From sequence record MK411746.1: a stretch of 32,000 nucleotides of DNA, one strand, 5' to 3'. This DNA is from Arthrobacter phage Sonali. Shown here piece by piece: positions 1 to 8,458 of the stretch. A model generated the notes under the pieces. That model did no database searches. It had not been told where the DNA came from and was given only the letters and a program-made list of their open reading frames with translations. The position numbers were made by a program, and so were the translations under genes. How positions within the stretch are numbered: the stretch's first letter is position 1; the number at the start of each line of letters is the position of its first letter.

Positions 1-671
1 AGCTCCCCGAGCGGTTCCGGCCCGATGACCGCAAGACGTTCCTGGAGGTCGAGCAGTACCATCTGCTCCTCCGGCAGTTCGATGACCAGTGGAAGCCGCT
101 GATTGAGCTCCTGGCCGGGACCGGCGCCAGGTGGGGCGAGGTGACGGCCCTCAATGTTGACGACGTCGTCCTGGACGCCAAGGTCCCCTACATCGCCATC
201 GACAAGGCGTGGAAGCGGCGGCCCGGGAACAGGTTCGAGATAGCCAGGCCGAAGAACCGGAACTCCATCAGGGACGTCTCCATCAGCGACGGCCTGGCGA
301 ACCTCCTGGCCCCGCATGTCGATGGTCGGGACCCTGGGGAGCAGTTCATCCTGAACGCCTCCGAGGGCGGGCCGCTGCTCTACTCGAACTTCCACACCCG
401 GGTCTGGGTCCCGGCGGTCGCCCAGGCGATGACCAGGTCCGAGGAGAACCCGAAGCCCCTGCGGTACAAGCCGAAGATTCACACCCTCCGGCATTCACAC
501 GCCTCCTGGCTGCTGAATGACGGGGTGGACATCTACGTGGTGTCCAGGCGGCTCGGGCATGAGTCGATCACGACGACGACGGGCACCTACGGCCACCTCT
601 CCCATCGTTCGGAGAAGCAGGCTGCAGATGCCCTCAACCGAGCCCTTCACTCGGAGTTCCGCCGGGACTAG
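1..671 (+). CDS. int: Tyrosine recombinase/integrase, C-terminal part (5' truncated by the window edge)
   Basis: Frame open from base 3. Catalytic-domain motifs TGARWGEV (box I Arg), HTLRHSHAS (HxLRH), LGHESITTTTGTYGHL (GH...Tyr). Confidence 0.92.
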   Translation, partial: LPERFRPDDRKTFLEVEQYHLLLRQFDDQWKPLIELLAGTGARWGEVTALNVDDVVLDAKVPYIAIDKAWKRRPGNRFEIARPKNRNSIRDVSISDGLANLLAPHVDGRDPGEQFILNASEGGPLLYSNFHTRVWVPAVAQAMTRSEENPKPLRYKPKIHTLRHSHASWLLNDGVDIYVVSRRLGHESITTTTGTYGHLSHRSEKQAADALNRALHSEFRRD

Positions 672-919
672 CCCTCCTGCCAGGCTCCCCGTCCGTCCAG
701 CGGGCGCCAAAACATGGTGCCTGGCTTGGACATCGCCTGGGCGACCTCCTCGGGGTTCCCGGTCGTTGAGCCGGACCATTTGTACTCGCTGCGCGGGATG
801 CCTGCCAGGCGGACGAGCTCGGCGATGGAGGTGGCGGCGATGATGTTCCGGGACTGCCGCTGGCCGCTCCCTGGCGTGAACTTCGTCCCGGTCCAGGCAT
901 AGACCTTGAGCTTAGCCAT
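668..919 (-). CDS. Small hypothetical protein (83 aa)
   Basis: ORF ending at the integrase stop, in a leftward gene series; weak similarity to any known family by eye. Confidence 0.6.
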   Translation of the reverse strand: MAKLKVYAWTGTKFTPGSGQRQSRNIIAATSIAELVRLAGIPRSEYKWSGSTTGNPEEVAQAMSKPGTMFWRPLDGRGAWQEG

Positions 920-1079
920 CCAGCGCCTCCAGGTACGCCTGGCCCTTGGTGATGACCTCCCGCAGCTCCTCCTTGGTGAGGGAGATGACGGTGGCGTCCG
1001 AGGGGTTGTACCGGAACACTACGTCCAGGTCCGCGCGGTGAAACGGGAGCGTATTGTCCCGGATGGTGACCTCGGTCAT
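912..1079 (-). CDS. Small hypothetical protein (55 aa, MTEVTIRDNTLPFHRADLDV...)
   Basis: Internal ATG of the 912..1220 ORF; 4-bp ATGA overlap with the upstream HTH gene. Confidence 0.6.
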   Translation of the reverse strand: MTEVTIRDNTLPFHRADLDVVFRYNPSDATVISLTKEELREVITKGQAYLEALDG

Positions 1080-1291
1080 GCCGTCCTGCCTTCTCTGCGG
1101 TTGTTGAGGGTGCCCTGGCGCGGGTTGCTGGCGAGCCAGGACTCGATGGGCTCCCCGGACCAGGCCGGGGACTGCCCGAGGGTGTAGGTCGGCTCGGGGA
1201 GCTTCCCGCGGTTCTTCCACTGGCGGAGGAGGTTCGGAGTGAGCCCGGTCCTCTCGGCCAGGTCTTTGATGGTGTAGACCGTGTCTGCCAC
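1076..1291 (-). CDS. Small HTH DNA-binding protein, excisionase/AlpA/MerR-like
   Basis: IKDLAERTGLTPNLLRQWKNRGKLPEP...SPAWSGEPIESWL winged-HTH-like pattern; GTG start. Confidence 0.75.
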   Translation of the reverse strand: MADTVYTIKDLAERTGLTPNLLRQWKNRGKLPEPTYTLGQSPAWSGEPIESWLASNPRQGTLNNRREGRTA

Positions 1292-1300
1292 GGCTGGCTC

Positions 1301-1594
1301 CTATTCCGCGGCGTTCGTGCCGCTGGTGATGGGCTGCTTGCTGATGTTGAAGTGGACGTCGGCGTGGCGGTAGAAGGTGAAGCCCTCCCAGGTCTTGAGT
1401 TCGGCCTCCAGGAGGTCCGCCAGGCGGGTTGCCTGGCGGACGATGTCGAGGTCCACGACGATCGACACGTTCCCGGGGAGGGCGCCGCGGGTGACGCGGA
1501 TGCCTTCCCGGCGGCGGCTGGTGGTGGCGATGGGGGTGAACCCGGCCCGGCGGAGGCGGGCGGAGACGGCGGCGGCGCTGGTGTGAGTGGTCAT
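1301..1594 (-). CDS. Hypothetical protein (97 aa, MTTHTSAAAV...)
   Basis: ATG at 1592-1594 preceded (minus strand) by AAGGAGCCCATC; shorter than the 151-aa track ORF. Confidence 0.7.
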   Translation of the reverse strand: MTTHTSAAAVSARLRRAGFTPIATTSRRREGIRVTRGALPGNVSIVVDLDIVRQATRLADLLEAELKTWEGFTFYRHADVHFNISKQPITSGTNAAE

Positions 1595-1604
1595 GATGGG
1601 CTCC

Positions 1605-1826
1605 TTAGTTCTTGTCGGCCTGGCGGGCCAGGTCCTCGACGGCTTCTTTGCGGCTCCAGCACGGGGCGAGCCTTTCGCCGGTCGGGGTGATCGGGTGGTG
1701 GAAGGTCCGGTAGGCGCCGCCACGAGGGGACGAGTCCGAGCCGAGCCGCCGATCAATCCAGCCGAGCAGGGCGCCGTCGCGCGTGACCCTGGTCCGGGTC
1801 CCGGTCCGCTTGTAGGTGATGACCAT
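1605..1826 (-). CDS. Hypothetical protein (73 aa)
   Basis: ORF with CCCAACCAAGGAGCAGCA leader before ATG. Confidence 0.7.
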   Translation of the reverse strand: MVITYKRTGTRTRVTRDGALLGWIDRRLGSDSSPRGGAYRTFHHPITPTGERLAPCWSRKEAVEDLARQADKN

Positions 1827-1877
1827 TGCTGCTCCTTGGTTGGGGCCGGGGCTTTCGCCCCGGCCTGGCTTGCCTGG

Positions 1878-2207
1878 CTAAGCGGTGTAGGCGCGGTGAG
1901 CGTCTACGGTGAGCTGGATGGCGAGCTCCTGCATCTGCGCCTTCCGCGTCTCCCTGGTGACCTTCGGGCCCGCGATGGGCTCGTGGATGTCCTTGGCCCA
2001 GTCGTCGGCGTGGAGGTTGACCATCTCGACCCACCCGGCGGCCAGGAGGAGAATTTCGACCTTAGCGACGGACTGGCGCTCGTAGGAGTTCCGGCGGATG
2101 GTGGCGCGGTACTTCTCCTGACCTGCCTTGAGGATGGCCTGGAACTCGACATCGTGGCTGTCGGCGCCGAACGTGGTGGTGATGACCTGGGGCTTGATGG
2201 GGGCCAT
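1878..2207 (-). CDS. Hypothetical protein (109 aa, MAPIKPQVITTTFGADSHD...)
   Basis: Internal ATG 2205-2207 preceded by the CACCAACCAAGGAG leader and a conserved promoter/operator-like box. Confidence 0.75.
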   Translation of the reverse strand: MAPIKPQVITTTFGADSHDVEFQAILKAGQEKYRATIRRNSYERQSVAKVEILLLAAGWVEMVNLHADDWAKDIHEPIAGPKVTRETRKAQMQELAIQLTVDAHRAYTA

Positions 2208-2240
2208 TGTTACTCCTTGGTTGGTGTCTTGCTTACCCTC

Positions 2241-2267
2241 CAAGTGTAACACCACTAAACCCAGGTC
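2241..2267 (-). promoter_or_regulatory. Conserved promoter/operator-like box, instance 1
   Basis: Minus strand GTTTAGTGGTGTTACACTTG; TTACACTT ends 34 nt before the ATG at 2207. Confidence 0.65.
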
Positions 2268-2282
2268 ACCACCTCCGCCTGG

Positions 2283-2651
2283 CTACGGGGCCAGGCCAGC
2301 CTGGACCTCGACGCCCAGGACTTCCTGGACCTTGCCTGGCAAGAAGTCCGGGACGTCGATCCACTCGCCGTCGTCGCCGAAGCCGACCAGGAACACGAGG
2401 CCCTGCAGGACGTCGGCGGGATTGTGGCCGCCGAGCTCGACCAGGACGGCGTGCGCCCGGAGGTTGGCCGGGAGCCCGTAAATCTTGGACTCCTCGTTGC
2501 CGTAGGCGACCCAGCCTGCCTCGGTGTCCGAGGGCAGCCCCTCCAGGTAGCCTCCGACGAGCCGCTGCGCCCTGGCCAGGCTCGGCTCGATCGGGGCCAG
2601 GACGGGGGCCTGGCTCTCGTCTGCGGGGATGATGAGGGCGGTGATGACCAT
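2283..2651 (-). CDS. Hypothetical protein (122 aa)
   Basis: ORF with CACCAACCCAAGGAG leader. Confidence 0.7.
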   Translation of the reverse strand: MVITALIIPADESQAPVLAPIEPSLARAQRLVGGYLEGLPSDTEAGWVAYGNEESKIYGLPANLRAHAVLVELGGHNPADVLQGLVFLVGFGDDGEWIDVPDFLPGKVQEVLGVEVQAGLAP

Positions 2652-2724
2652 TATGTTCTCCTTGGGTTGGTGGTGGGTCCTAGCGTAGCTGGCGGGGCCC
2701 CTGGGAGGGCCCCGCCTGGCTGGC

Positions 2725-3540
2725 CTAGTAGGTGGCGCCAGCCGGGATGTCGAAGCCTGCCTTGCGGTAGACCTTGACCTTGGCGTCGAACTTCTTGGCC
2801 AGGACGCCCTGGCGGTCCCACTCGGGGTAGACGGCCTGGATGGCGTCGGCGATGGCCTCGACGGCGCCCCGGTCCTCGGCGACCAGGTTGTCCAGGTGGG
2901 CGCGGTGGGCTTCGTCCTGGGCGTTCATCCAGGTCCGGCTGACGACGTTCTCCATCTCCCAGGAGATGGCGTTCTCGGCGGCCCGGAGGGTCTTGTAGAC
3001 CTGGCGACCGACTGTGACCTTCTCGGCGTCGGCCTTGGTCTTGGTGGCTTCCTTCTCGGCCTTGGCCTTGGCGGCTTCCTCGCGCTCCTTGACGTGGACC
3101 GGGAGCATCGACGGGCGGTTGACCGGGGCGGACGGGAAGCAGACGGTGCAGGCGACCTCTCCGGCGAGCTCTACGACCTCGGCCTCGTCGGCGCCGCTGA
3201 ACTCCGGCATCAGGCCGGTCTGGGTGGTCCAGCGGAGGGTGGAGCAGCCGAAGCCGCGGTGCAGGTGGCCGTTGGGGACCAGGACGAACCGGCTCCAGTC
3301 TCCGGCGTTGGCGATGGCTTCGAGCGGGGCGGCCTTGGCCTGGGCGGCTTCGAGGGCTTCCTCGGCCTTCGCCAGGGCGTCGGCGTAGTGGAACGTGGTA
3401 CCGCGCTTCTCGCAGTTGGCCTTGATACCGGCGTAGTCGCGGACCCGGTCTCCGGCCTTGGCGACGGCCCACCAGGCTTCGACGAGGAGGGCGTCGGTGG
3501 TCTTGGCGACGTTCCGGAGGGCTGCTGCTGCGTTGGTCAT
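2725..3540 (-). CDS. Hypothetical protein (271 aa)
   Basis: Long ORF with CACCAACCAAGGAG leader and upstream conserved box. Confidence 0.8.
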   Translation of the reverse strand: MTNAAAALRNVAKTTDALLVEAWWAVAKAGDRVRDYAGIKANCEKRGTTFHYADALAKAEEALEAAQAKAAPLEAIANAGDWSRFVLVPNGHLHRGFGCSTLRWTTQTGLMPEFSGADEAEVVELAGEVACTVCFPSAPVNRPSMLPVHVKEREEAAKAKAEKEATKTKADAEKVTVGRQVYKTLRAAENAISWEMENVVSRTWMNAQDEAHRAHLDNLVAEDRGAVEAIADAIQAVYPEWDRQGVLAKKFDAKVKVYRKAGFDIPAGATY

Positions 3541-3575
3541 TTCGTGCTCCTTGGTTGGTGTTCCTGCTGTTGGAT

Positions 3576-3602
3576 CAAGTGTAACACCATTCTACCTAAG
3601 TG
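3576..3602 (-). promoter_or_regulatory. Conserved promoter/operator-like box, instance 2
   Basis: Minus strand CACTTAGGTAGAATGGTGTTACACTTG; 36 nt before the ATG at 3540. Confidence 0.7.
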
Positions 3603-3607
3603 CACAC

Positions 3608-3644
3608 AAAAAGAATCCCGGGCCCTCTGCTAAACCCAGGATTC
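3608..3644 (-). terminator. Intrinsic terminator for the leftward immA/repressor transcript
   Basis: Minus strand: GAATCC-T-GGG ... CCC-G-GGATTC followed by TTTTT. Confidence 0.7.
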
Positions 3645-3682
3645 GTGTATTCAGTTGATGCCAGGCAAGGAGCCAGGCGAGG

Positions 3683-4126
3683 TCAGGCCGCCAGGGCGCA
3701 GACCTGTTTGTAGGTCGGGGCCTGGAGCTGGAGCTTCACCGGCTGGAAGTCCAGGAACATGCCAGGCGCCCGGAAGCTCCGGATGTAGACGCTTGCCAGG
3801 TGGGGTGTCACGTTCAGCCGATCCGCCAGGACCTCCAGGCTGGGCCTGTCCTTCGATGCCAGGAAAAACTCCCGCTTGTCGATGAGGTGGTGGGCCGCCC
3901 ACTTATCGGCATGCCACTCGACCCCGCGGTCCGAGTGGCCATGTCGGTAGTGGGCGTGCCCGAGCTCGTGCGCCATGACACTCCTCTCCTCGACCTCATC
4001 CATTCCGAGGAGGAGGGAGATGCTGTGGGTCATTGCCGAGTAGGCCCCCATCCAGCCAGCGGGCAAGAACATCTCCCAGCCCACCGTCACCTCCATTGCC
4101 GACGCCATATCAAGTAACCCGATCAT
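3683..4126 (-). CDS. ImmA/IrrE-family metallopeptidase-like protein
   Basis: Zinc-protease motif SVMAHELGHAHYRHGHSDRGVEWHADKWAA (HExxH plus downstream acidic/His); 16 bp downstream of the HTH repressor gene. Confidence 0.85.
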   Translation of the reverse strand: MIGLLDMASAMEVTVGWEMFLPAGWMGAYSAMTHSISLLLGMDEVEERSVMAHELGHAHYRHGHSDRGVEWHADKWAAHHLIDKREFFLASKDRPSLEVLADRLNVTPHLASVYIRSFRAPGMFLDFQPVKLQLQAPTYKQVCALAA

Positions 4127-4142
4127 TCTTCCCTTGGTTGGT

Positions 4143-4634
4143 TCACAAGGGAGGGTCCACTACCTCCCCTGGCTCTACAAATGCCGCCATGCCCCCAAAC
4201 CTGGCCAACAGCTCCTCCTCGCTGGGACGGACAAGCTTCGGTCGGAACTGCATGACCTTGGCGATGGTCTCGGCGTGGAGCCGGACCATCTCGTGTCCCA
4301 GGTAGCGGAGGGCTTCCTGTGCCTGGGCGGGCAGCGTTCCGCCGTCGGCGATGACGAGGGCGGTTGCATCCGCGGAGGCGACAGTGACCCCGAGGCTCCT
4401 GGCGGAGGCGAGGACGACCTCGGTGGTGGACACGCCGAGACCGCGCGCCATCGCCGTGATTGAGTCGGGGTCCGGGAAGTTTTTCATGGGACGGTTCCCA
4501 TTTGCAAGCTGTTGCAGGCGCCGCCCAGCGGGTGCTCCTCCGCAGTCCTCGGACAGCCGCTCGAACGACCGTCCTCCCTTCCGGTCGAGGATGAGTTCGG
4601 CCAGGGTCGGACCGTTCTTGCTCATAAATGCCAT
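4143..4634 (-). CDS. HTH immunity repressor-like protein
   Basis: N-terminal XRE-like region (TLAELILDRKGGRSFERLSEDCGGAPAGRRLQQLANGNR...), position next to the ImmA-like gene and the divergent control region. Confidence 0.65.
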   Translation of the reverse strand: MAFMSKNGPTLAELILDRKGGRSFERLSEDCGGAPAGRRLQQLANGNRPMKNFPDPDSITAMARGLGVSTTEVVLASARSLGVTVASADATALVIADGGTLPAQAQEALRYLGHEMVRLHAETIAKVMQFRPKLVRPSEEELLARFGGMAAFVEPGEVVDPPL

Positions 4635-4760
4635 GCTGTGGTGCTCCTCCTTGGGCTCCCCCGCCCAGTGGTTGGTGTAGTCCTTGCACAGTATCCCCGC
4701 GTTCCCCGCCGGTAAAGGGGCGGAAAACCCCCAAAACTGGGGGGTTGACGCCCAATGGAA

Positions 4761-4788
4761 GTTATAAGGTGTCCCCAGTAGTTGTCAC
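4761..4788 (-). promoter_or_regulatory. Candidate leftward repressor promoter
   Basis: Minus strand GTGACA (4788-4783) - 16 nt - TATAAC (4766-4761), -35 overlapping the rightward -35. Confidence 0.5.
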
Positions 4789-4811
4789 TTGGCCCTGACC
4801 TGGGCTATAAA
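4782..4811 (+). promoter_or_regulatory. Candidate rightward early promoter
   Basis: TTGTCA (4782-4787) - 18 nt - TATAAA (4806-4811). Confidence 0.6.
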
Positions 4812-4963
4812 TATCCATGTGCGGCTGACCGATAGCGGAACGCCAGCTCACCGGCCCCGCACAAACCAAGCACCAACCACCAACCACCAACCAGCGCGGC
4901 CCCGAAAACAAGTAGCAGGCATCAAAAACGACGCCTGTTATGACGGGCCAGGAAAGAGACCAA

Positions 4964-5101
4964 GTGAGCAAGATTACGACCGGACGCCATGTAGCCCCTC
5001 GCCTCAGCCTCCGGGAGCGGTTCCGCCGCTACCAGGCCGCCGTCGAAGCCCGCTACGCCGCCTGGGCAACCACCACCACTGACTGGAGGAACTTCGCATG
5101 A
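4964..5101 (+). CDS. Small hypothetical protein (45 aa, VSKITTGRHVAPRLSLRERFRRYQAAV...)
   Basis: GTG start preceded by GGAAAGAGA; 4-bp ATGA overlap with the next gene. Not in the ORF track. Confidence 0.5.
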   Translation: MSKITTGRHVAPRLSLRERFRRYQAAVEARYAAWATTTTDWRNFA

Positions 5102-5376
5102 CCGCATCACTCGACATCGCGCCCCTGCGGACCCCGGAGGAGGTCGCCGAGCTCCTGGTCCACATCAGCCCGTTCACGATCCGCCGCATGGTCCAGAAAA
5201 AGGAGATCGCCTACACCCCCGGAGCCCGGGGCAAGGTCCTTTTCAGCCAGGCACAGATCAACGCGCTCCTGGAGCATCTGGCGGTCCCCGCCGGAGCCCC
5301 GGCCCCCGCCCCGGCGGAGGACGAGGAGGACGTGTTCAAGACCTCGTCCCGGTCGAAAGCCAGGCGGGCCTCCTAG
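5098..5376 (+). CDS. Excisionase/MerR-like helix-turn-helix protein
   Basis: TPEEVAELLVHISPFTIRRMVQKKEIAYTPGARGKVLFSQAQINALLEHL, a typical small HTH domain. Confidence 0.75.
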   Translation: MTASLDIAPLRTPEEVAELLVHISPFTIRRMVQKKEIAYTPGARGKVLFSQAQINALLEHLAVPAGAPAPAPAEDEEDVFKTSSRSKARRAS

Positions 5377-5387
5377 AACGCAAAAAA

Positions 5388-5410
5388 CCCGCTCCGAGGA
5401 GCGGGCTTTG
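5388..5410 (+). terminator. Candidate intrinsic terminator (possibly bidirectional)
   Basis: AAAAAA-CCCGCTCC-GA-GGAGCGGG-CTTTG. Confidence 0.6.
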
Positions 5411-5454
5411 CGACAAGTGGCCAACCACCAACCAAGGAAAGTTAGGACCAAGTC

Positions 5455-5835
5455 ATGACCGACATTAGCAGCCCGGTGTCGAAAGTGGAAGCTGACCTCA
5501 TCATCCGCGACCGCGCCGCCGAGTATGTGGATGAGCATGGCGCCGACGCGACCATCGACGGCTACCCGTTCTGGGCGGCCAGGCTCAGCCAGGACGTCGG
5601 GGCGAAGCTCGACGATGACTTCCTCTACGACGTCCTGTTCCACATGGACCAGGTCACGGCAGCCGAGAACGGCACCCACACCCTCCAGGTCCACTCCCGG
5701 AACGGGACCCTCGACAACACCCCGGAACTCCTCGCCTATGAGCAGGGGCTCCTGACCGACACCATCAACCACCTCCTGACCGACGCCGGGTTCACCGGCG
5801 GACGGGTCAACGGCACCGGAAAGCAGGCAGCGTAA
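5455..5835 (+). CDS. Hypothetical protein (126 aa)
   Basis: ORF preceded by CACCAACCAAGGAAAG leader; abuts the ATPase gene. Confidence 0.75.
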   Translation: MTDISSPVSKVEADLIIRDRAAEYVDEHGADATIDGYPFWAARLSQDVGAKLDDDFLYDVLFHMDQVTAAENGTHTLQVHSRNGTLDNTPELLAYEQGLLTDTINHLLTDAGFTGGRVNGTGKQAA

Positions 5836-7067
5836 TGGGACGCAAGATCGTCAACCTCCAGGCAGAGAACATCATGAGGCTCAAGGCCGTCGAGATTACC
5901 CCGGAGGGCTCCGTCGTCCTGGTGGGCGGCAACAACGGCGAGGGTAAGTCCTCGACCCTGAACGCGATGTGGCTGGCCCTGGGCGGCGGCGCGGCTTCCA
6001 AGTCGATCGCCCGCCCGGTCCGGGACGGGGCCGAGGAGGCCGTCGTCCGCCTGGACCTCGGGGACCTCATCGTGACCCGGAAGTGGAAGGGCTCCAAGAC
6101 CAGCCTGACCGTGGAGTCCAAGGACGGGGCGAAGTACTCCTCCCCGCAGTCGATCCTGGACGGCCTGGTCGGCAAGCTCGCGTTCGATCCGCTGGAGTTC
6201 GCCCAGTACGCCCCGGCGAAGCAGCGGGAAATTCTCATGAGCCTGGTGGAGCTCCCGTTCGACCCCGCCGAGCTCGACGCCAACCGCAAGAGCATCTTCG
6301 ACTCCCGGACGGACATCAACCGCAAGGTCAAGGAGCTGGAGGGCCAGGTCAAGGGCTTCTACCCGATCCCCGCCGGAACCCCGGACCAGGAAGTCTCCGT
6401 CGCCGAACTCCTCAAGGAATATCGGGCCGCCCAGGACGCCAACGCCAGGACCGAGCAGATCGCCCGCGACGTCCACAACAACGAACTCCTGGTCCAGGAC
6501 CTCCGCATGAAGCTCGCCCAGGCCGAGGCCGACTTGGAAGGCAACCGCGCCGCCCTGGCAGCCTGCCCGCCCCGGATGGACCTGGGAGCCATCCAGGACA
6601 AGATCGACAACGCCGAGAACATCAACGCGAACGTCCGGGAAGCCCAGGCGCAGACCGACGTCCGCCACCAGCTCAAGGTCCACCAGAACAAGGCCGAGGA
6701 GCTGACGGGTCGCATCACCCAGCTCGACATGACCAAGGCCGACATGCTGGCCTCCGCGGTCTACCCCGTGACCGGCCTGGGCTTCGACGACGACGGCGTG
6801 ACTTACAACGGGGTCCCGTTCAAGCAGGCATCCTCCGCCGAACAGCTCCGGGTCTCGACCGCGATGGGTATGGCCCTGAACCCCGACCTGCGCGTCATGC
6901 ACATCCGGGACGGTTCCCTCCTGGACGAGAAGAACCTGGACCTCATCGCCCGTATGGCCGACGCGAACGACTTCCAGGTCTGGATCGAACGGGTCGGTAA
7001 GGGCGACCAGGGCGCGGTCATCATTGAGGACGGCCAGGTCTCGAGTGAGGGCCAGGTGGCGGCATGA
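5835..7067 (+). CDS. AAA/ABC-type ATPase, SbcC/RecF/SMC-like
   Basis: Walker A GGNNGEGKSSTLNAMW, central coiled-coil, SSAEQLRVSTAMGMAL signature-like, degenerate Walker B region. Confidence 0.85.
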   Translation: MGRKIVNLQAENIMRLKAVEITPEGSVVLVGGNNGEGKSSTLNAMWLALGGGAASKSIARPVRDGAEEAVVRLDLGDLIVTRKWKGSKTSLTVESKDGAKYSSPQSILDGLVGKLAFDPLEFAQYAPAKQREILMSLVELPFDPAELDANRKSIFDSRTDINRKVKELEGQVKGFYPIPAGTPDQEVSVAELLKEYRAAQDANARTEQIARDVHNNELLVQDLRMKLAQAEADLEGNRAALAACPPRMDLGAIQDKIDNAENINANVREAQAQTDVRHQLKVHQNKAEELTGRITQLDMTKADMLASAVYPVTGLGFDDDGVTYNGVPFKQASSAEQLRVSTAMGMALNPDLRVMHIRDGSLLDEKNLDLIARMADANDFQVWIERVGKGDQGAVIIEDGQVSSEGQVAA

Positions 7068-7348
7068 ACCCCACCCTGGAAGCCACCCAGACCGGCTCGG
7101 AGACCTACGAGGTCGCAGCCAGGCCGGATAAGGGCATCCCCGTGACCCTCTATGTCGTCCCCGCTCTGGTCCCTCGCCGGGGCCGCGTCTACGACGTCAA
7201 GCGGAACCCGGACCCGAACACCACGGGCTACATCACCCGGCATTCCACGTTCGAGGTCGCCGCCAAGGCCGCCACGAGCCGGGCCAAGAAGTATCTGGCC
7301 TCCTATGCCAGGGCCGAGAAGCGCCGTCTCAAGGCAGGCCAGGCATGA
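7064..7348 (+). CDS. Hypothetical protein (94 aa)
   Basis: ORF with ATGA overlap on both sides. Confidence 0.7.
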   Translation: MNPTLEATQTGSETYEVAARPDKGIPVTLYVVPALVPRRGRVYDVKRNPDPNTTGYITRHSTFEVAAKAATSRAKKYLASYARAEKRRLKAGQA

Positions 7349-7503
7349 GCCGCCGCGAGCAGGCCCCGCTGGTCCTGACCCCGCGCGGTGAGAAGGTCAT
7401 GGCCGTCCTGGCGGGCTTCGGAGCCGTCGCCGGAGGGCTCCTGGCCCTGGTGATCCTCCCCGGCCTGTTCTGGGTCATCGGCGTCCTGGCGGGCCTCGGA
7501 TGA
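7345..7503 (+). CDS. Small membrane protein (52 aa)
   Basis: MSRREQAPLVLTPRGEKVMAVLAGFGAVAGGLLALVILPGLFWVIGVLAGLG; ATGA overlaps both sides; not in the ORF track. Confidence 0.6.
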   Translation: MSRREQAPLVLTPRGEKVMAVLAGFGAVAGGLLALVILPGLFWVIGVLAGLG

Positions 7504-7589
7504 GCGCCTGCACCTGCCGCCCCGGCCTGGCCTGGCCGGATGTCCCCCGCCCCATCTGTCCCATCCACTCGAAGGAGGAGAAGTCATGA
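7500..7589 (+). CDS. Cys-containing micropeptide (29 aa, MSACTCRPGLAWPDVPRPICPIHSKEEKS)
   Basis: ATGA overlap upstream and downstream; contains GAAGGAGGAG as RBS for the next gene. Confidence 0.4.
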   Translation: MSACTCRPGLAWPDVPRPICPIHSKEEKS

Positions 7590-8458
7590 GCCTGGTATTC
7601 AATGCAGCCAGCCACCGCTACAAGCTCGACGGCAAGCCCGTCCGCGGTGTCACCGGCCTCATCGACGGCGGCCTGGCCAAGCCCCAGCTCGTCCGGTGGG
7701 CCCCCAAGCACGTCGCCGAGTTCGTCGAGAAGAACTGGGACCAGGTCGAAGCCTGGCGCCATGACCCCTCGGTGGACCTGGTCAAGCGGCTCAAGTTCCT
7801 GCCGGAGAACTTCAAGCGGGAAGCCGGGGACCGCGGCTCGATCATCCACGACGCCGTGGAGCAGGTCCTCCACACCGGCTCCGCCGATGTCCCCGAGGAG
7901 CACCTGCCCGAGGTCAACGCCCTCCTGGACCTCTACGAGGAGTGGGACATCCGGCCCCTGGAGATGACCCTGGCGGACGGGCGCAAGACCCTCATGGTCG
8001 AGAAGTCCGTCGGGAACCGCTCCTACTGGTACGCGGGCCGCTTCGACCTCATCGCCACGGTCGGGAAGCTCGGCGGCGCCGTCTGCCAGGTCGATACCAA
8101 GAGCAGCAACGGGGTCTACGGGTCGATGAGCATGCAGCTCGCCGCCTACCGCAAGGCCGAGTTCTGGGTGGACGACTCCGACCCGGACACCGAGTACCCG
8201 ATGCCGGAGATTGAGCGGAACCTCATCGCCCACGTCAAGAGGACCAAGGGCGAGGACGGGGAGCCGGACACGGTCACCGCCGGTCTGCAGGCGGTCTCCG
8301 GCGGCTTCCCGTACAGCGCGGAGCAGTCCAGGAGGGACATGGACGAGTCGTTCCGCGAGTTCTTGTGGGCCGCTTCCCTGGCCAAGACCTCCGGCGCCAG
8401 GGACAAGCGCATCTGGCCCGTCAACCCCACCACCAACCACTTCAAGGAGACAGCATGA
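7586..8458 (+). CDS. Cas4/PD-(D/E)XK family exonuclease-like protein
   Basis: DRGSIIHDAVE ... YWYAGRFDLIATVGKL...VCQVDTKSSNGVYGSMSMQLAAYRKAEF pattern (H, D, DxK, QlaaY), adjacent to a RecT-like gene. Confidence 0.8.
   Translation: MSLVFNAASHRYKLDGKPVRGVTGLIDGGLAKPQLVRWAPKHVAEFVEKNWDQVEAWRHDPSVDLVKRLKFLPENFKREAGDRGSIIHDAVEQVLHTGSADVPEEHLPEVNALLDLYEEWDIRPLEMTLADGRKTLMVEKSVGNRSYWYAGRFDLIATVGKLGGAVCQVDTKSSNGVYGSMSMQLAAYRKAEFWVDDSDPDTEYPMPEIERNLIAHVKRTKGEDGEPDTVTAGLQAVSGGFPYSAEQSRRDMDESFREFLWAASLAKTSGARDKRIWPVNPTTNHFKETA

Noticed and set aside
4871-4891. Three tandem CACCAAC units considered as operators or iterons
   Set aside because: Probably the same ACCAACC-type leader vocabulary used elsewhere; too short and simple to call iterons.
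4789-5082. 97-aa plus-strand ORF in the control region
   Set aside because: Runs through the candidate -10 box and a (CACCAAC)n tract; no RBS; low-complexity. The 4964..5101 ORF has better start context.
5736-6902. 388-aa minus-strand ORF
   Set aside because: Antisense to the ATPase gene with a clear Walker A motif.
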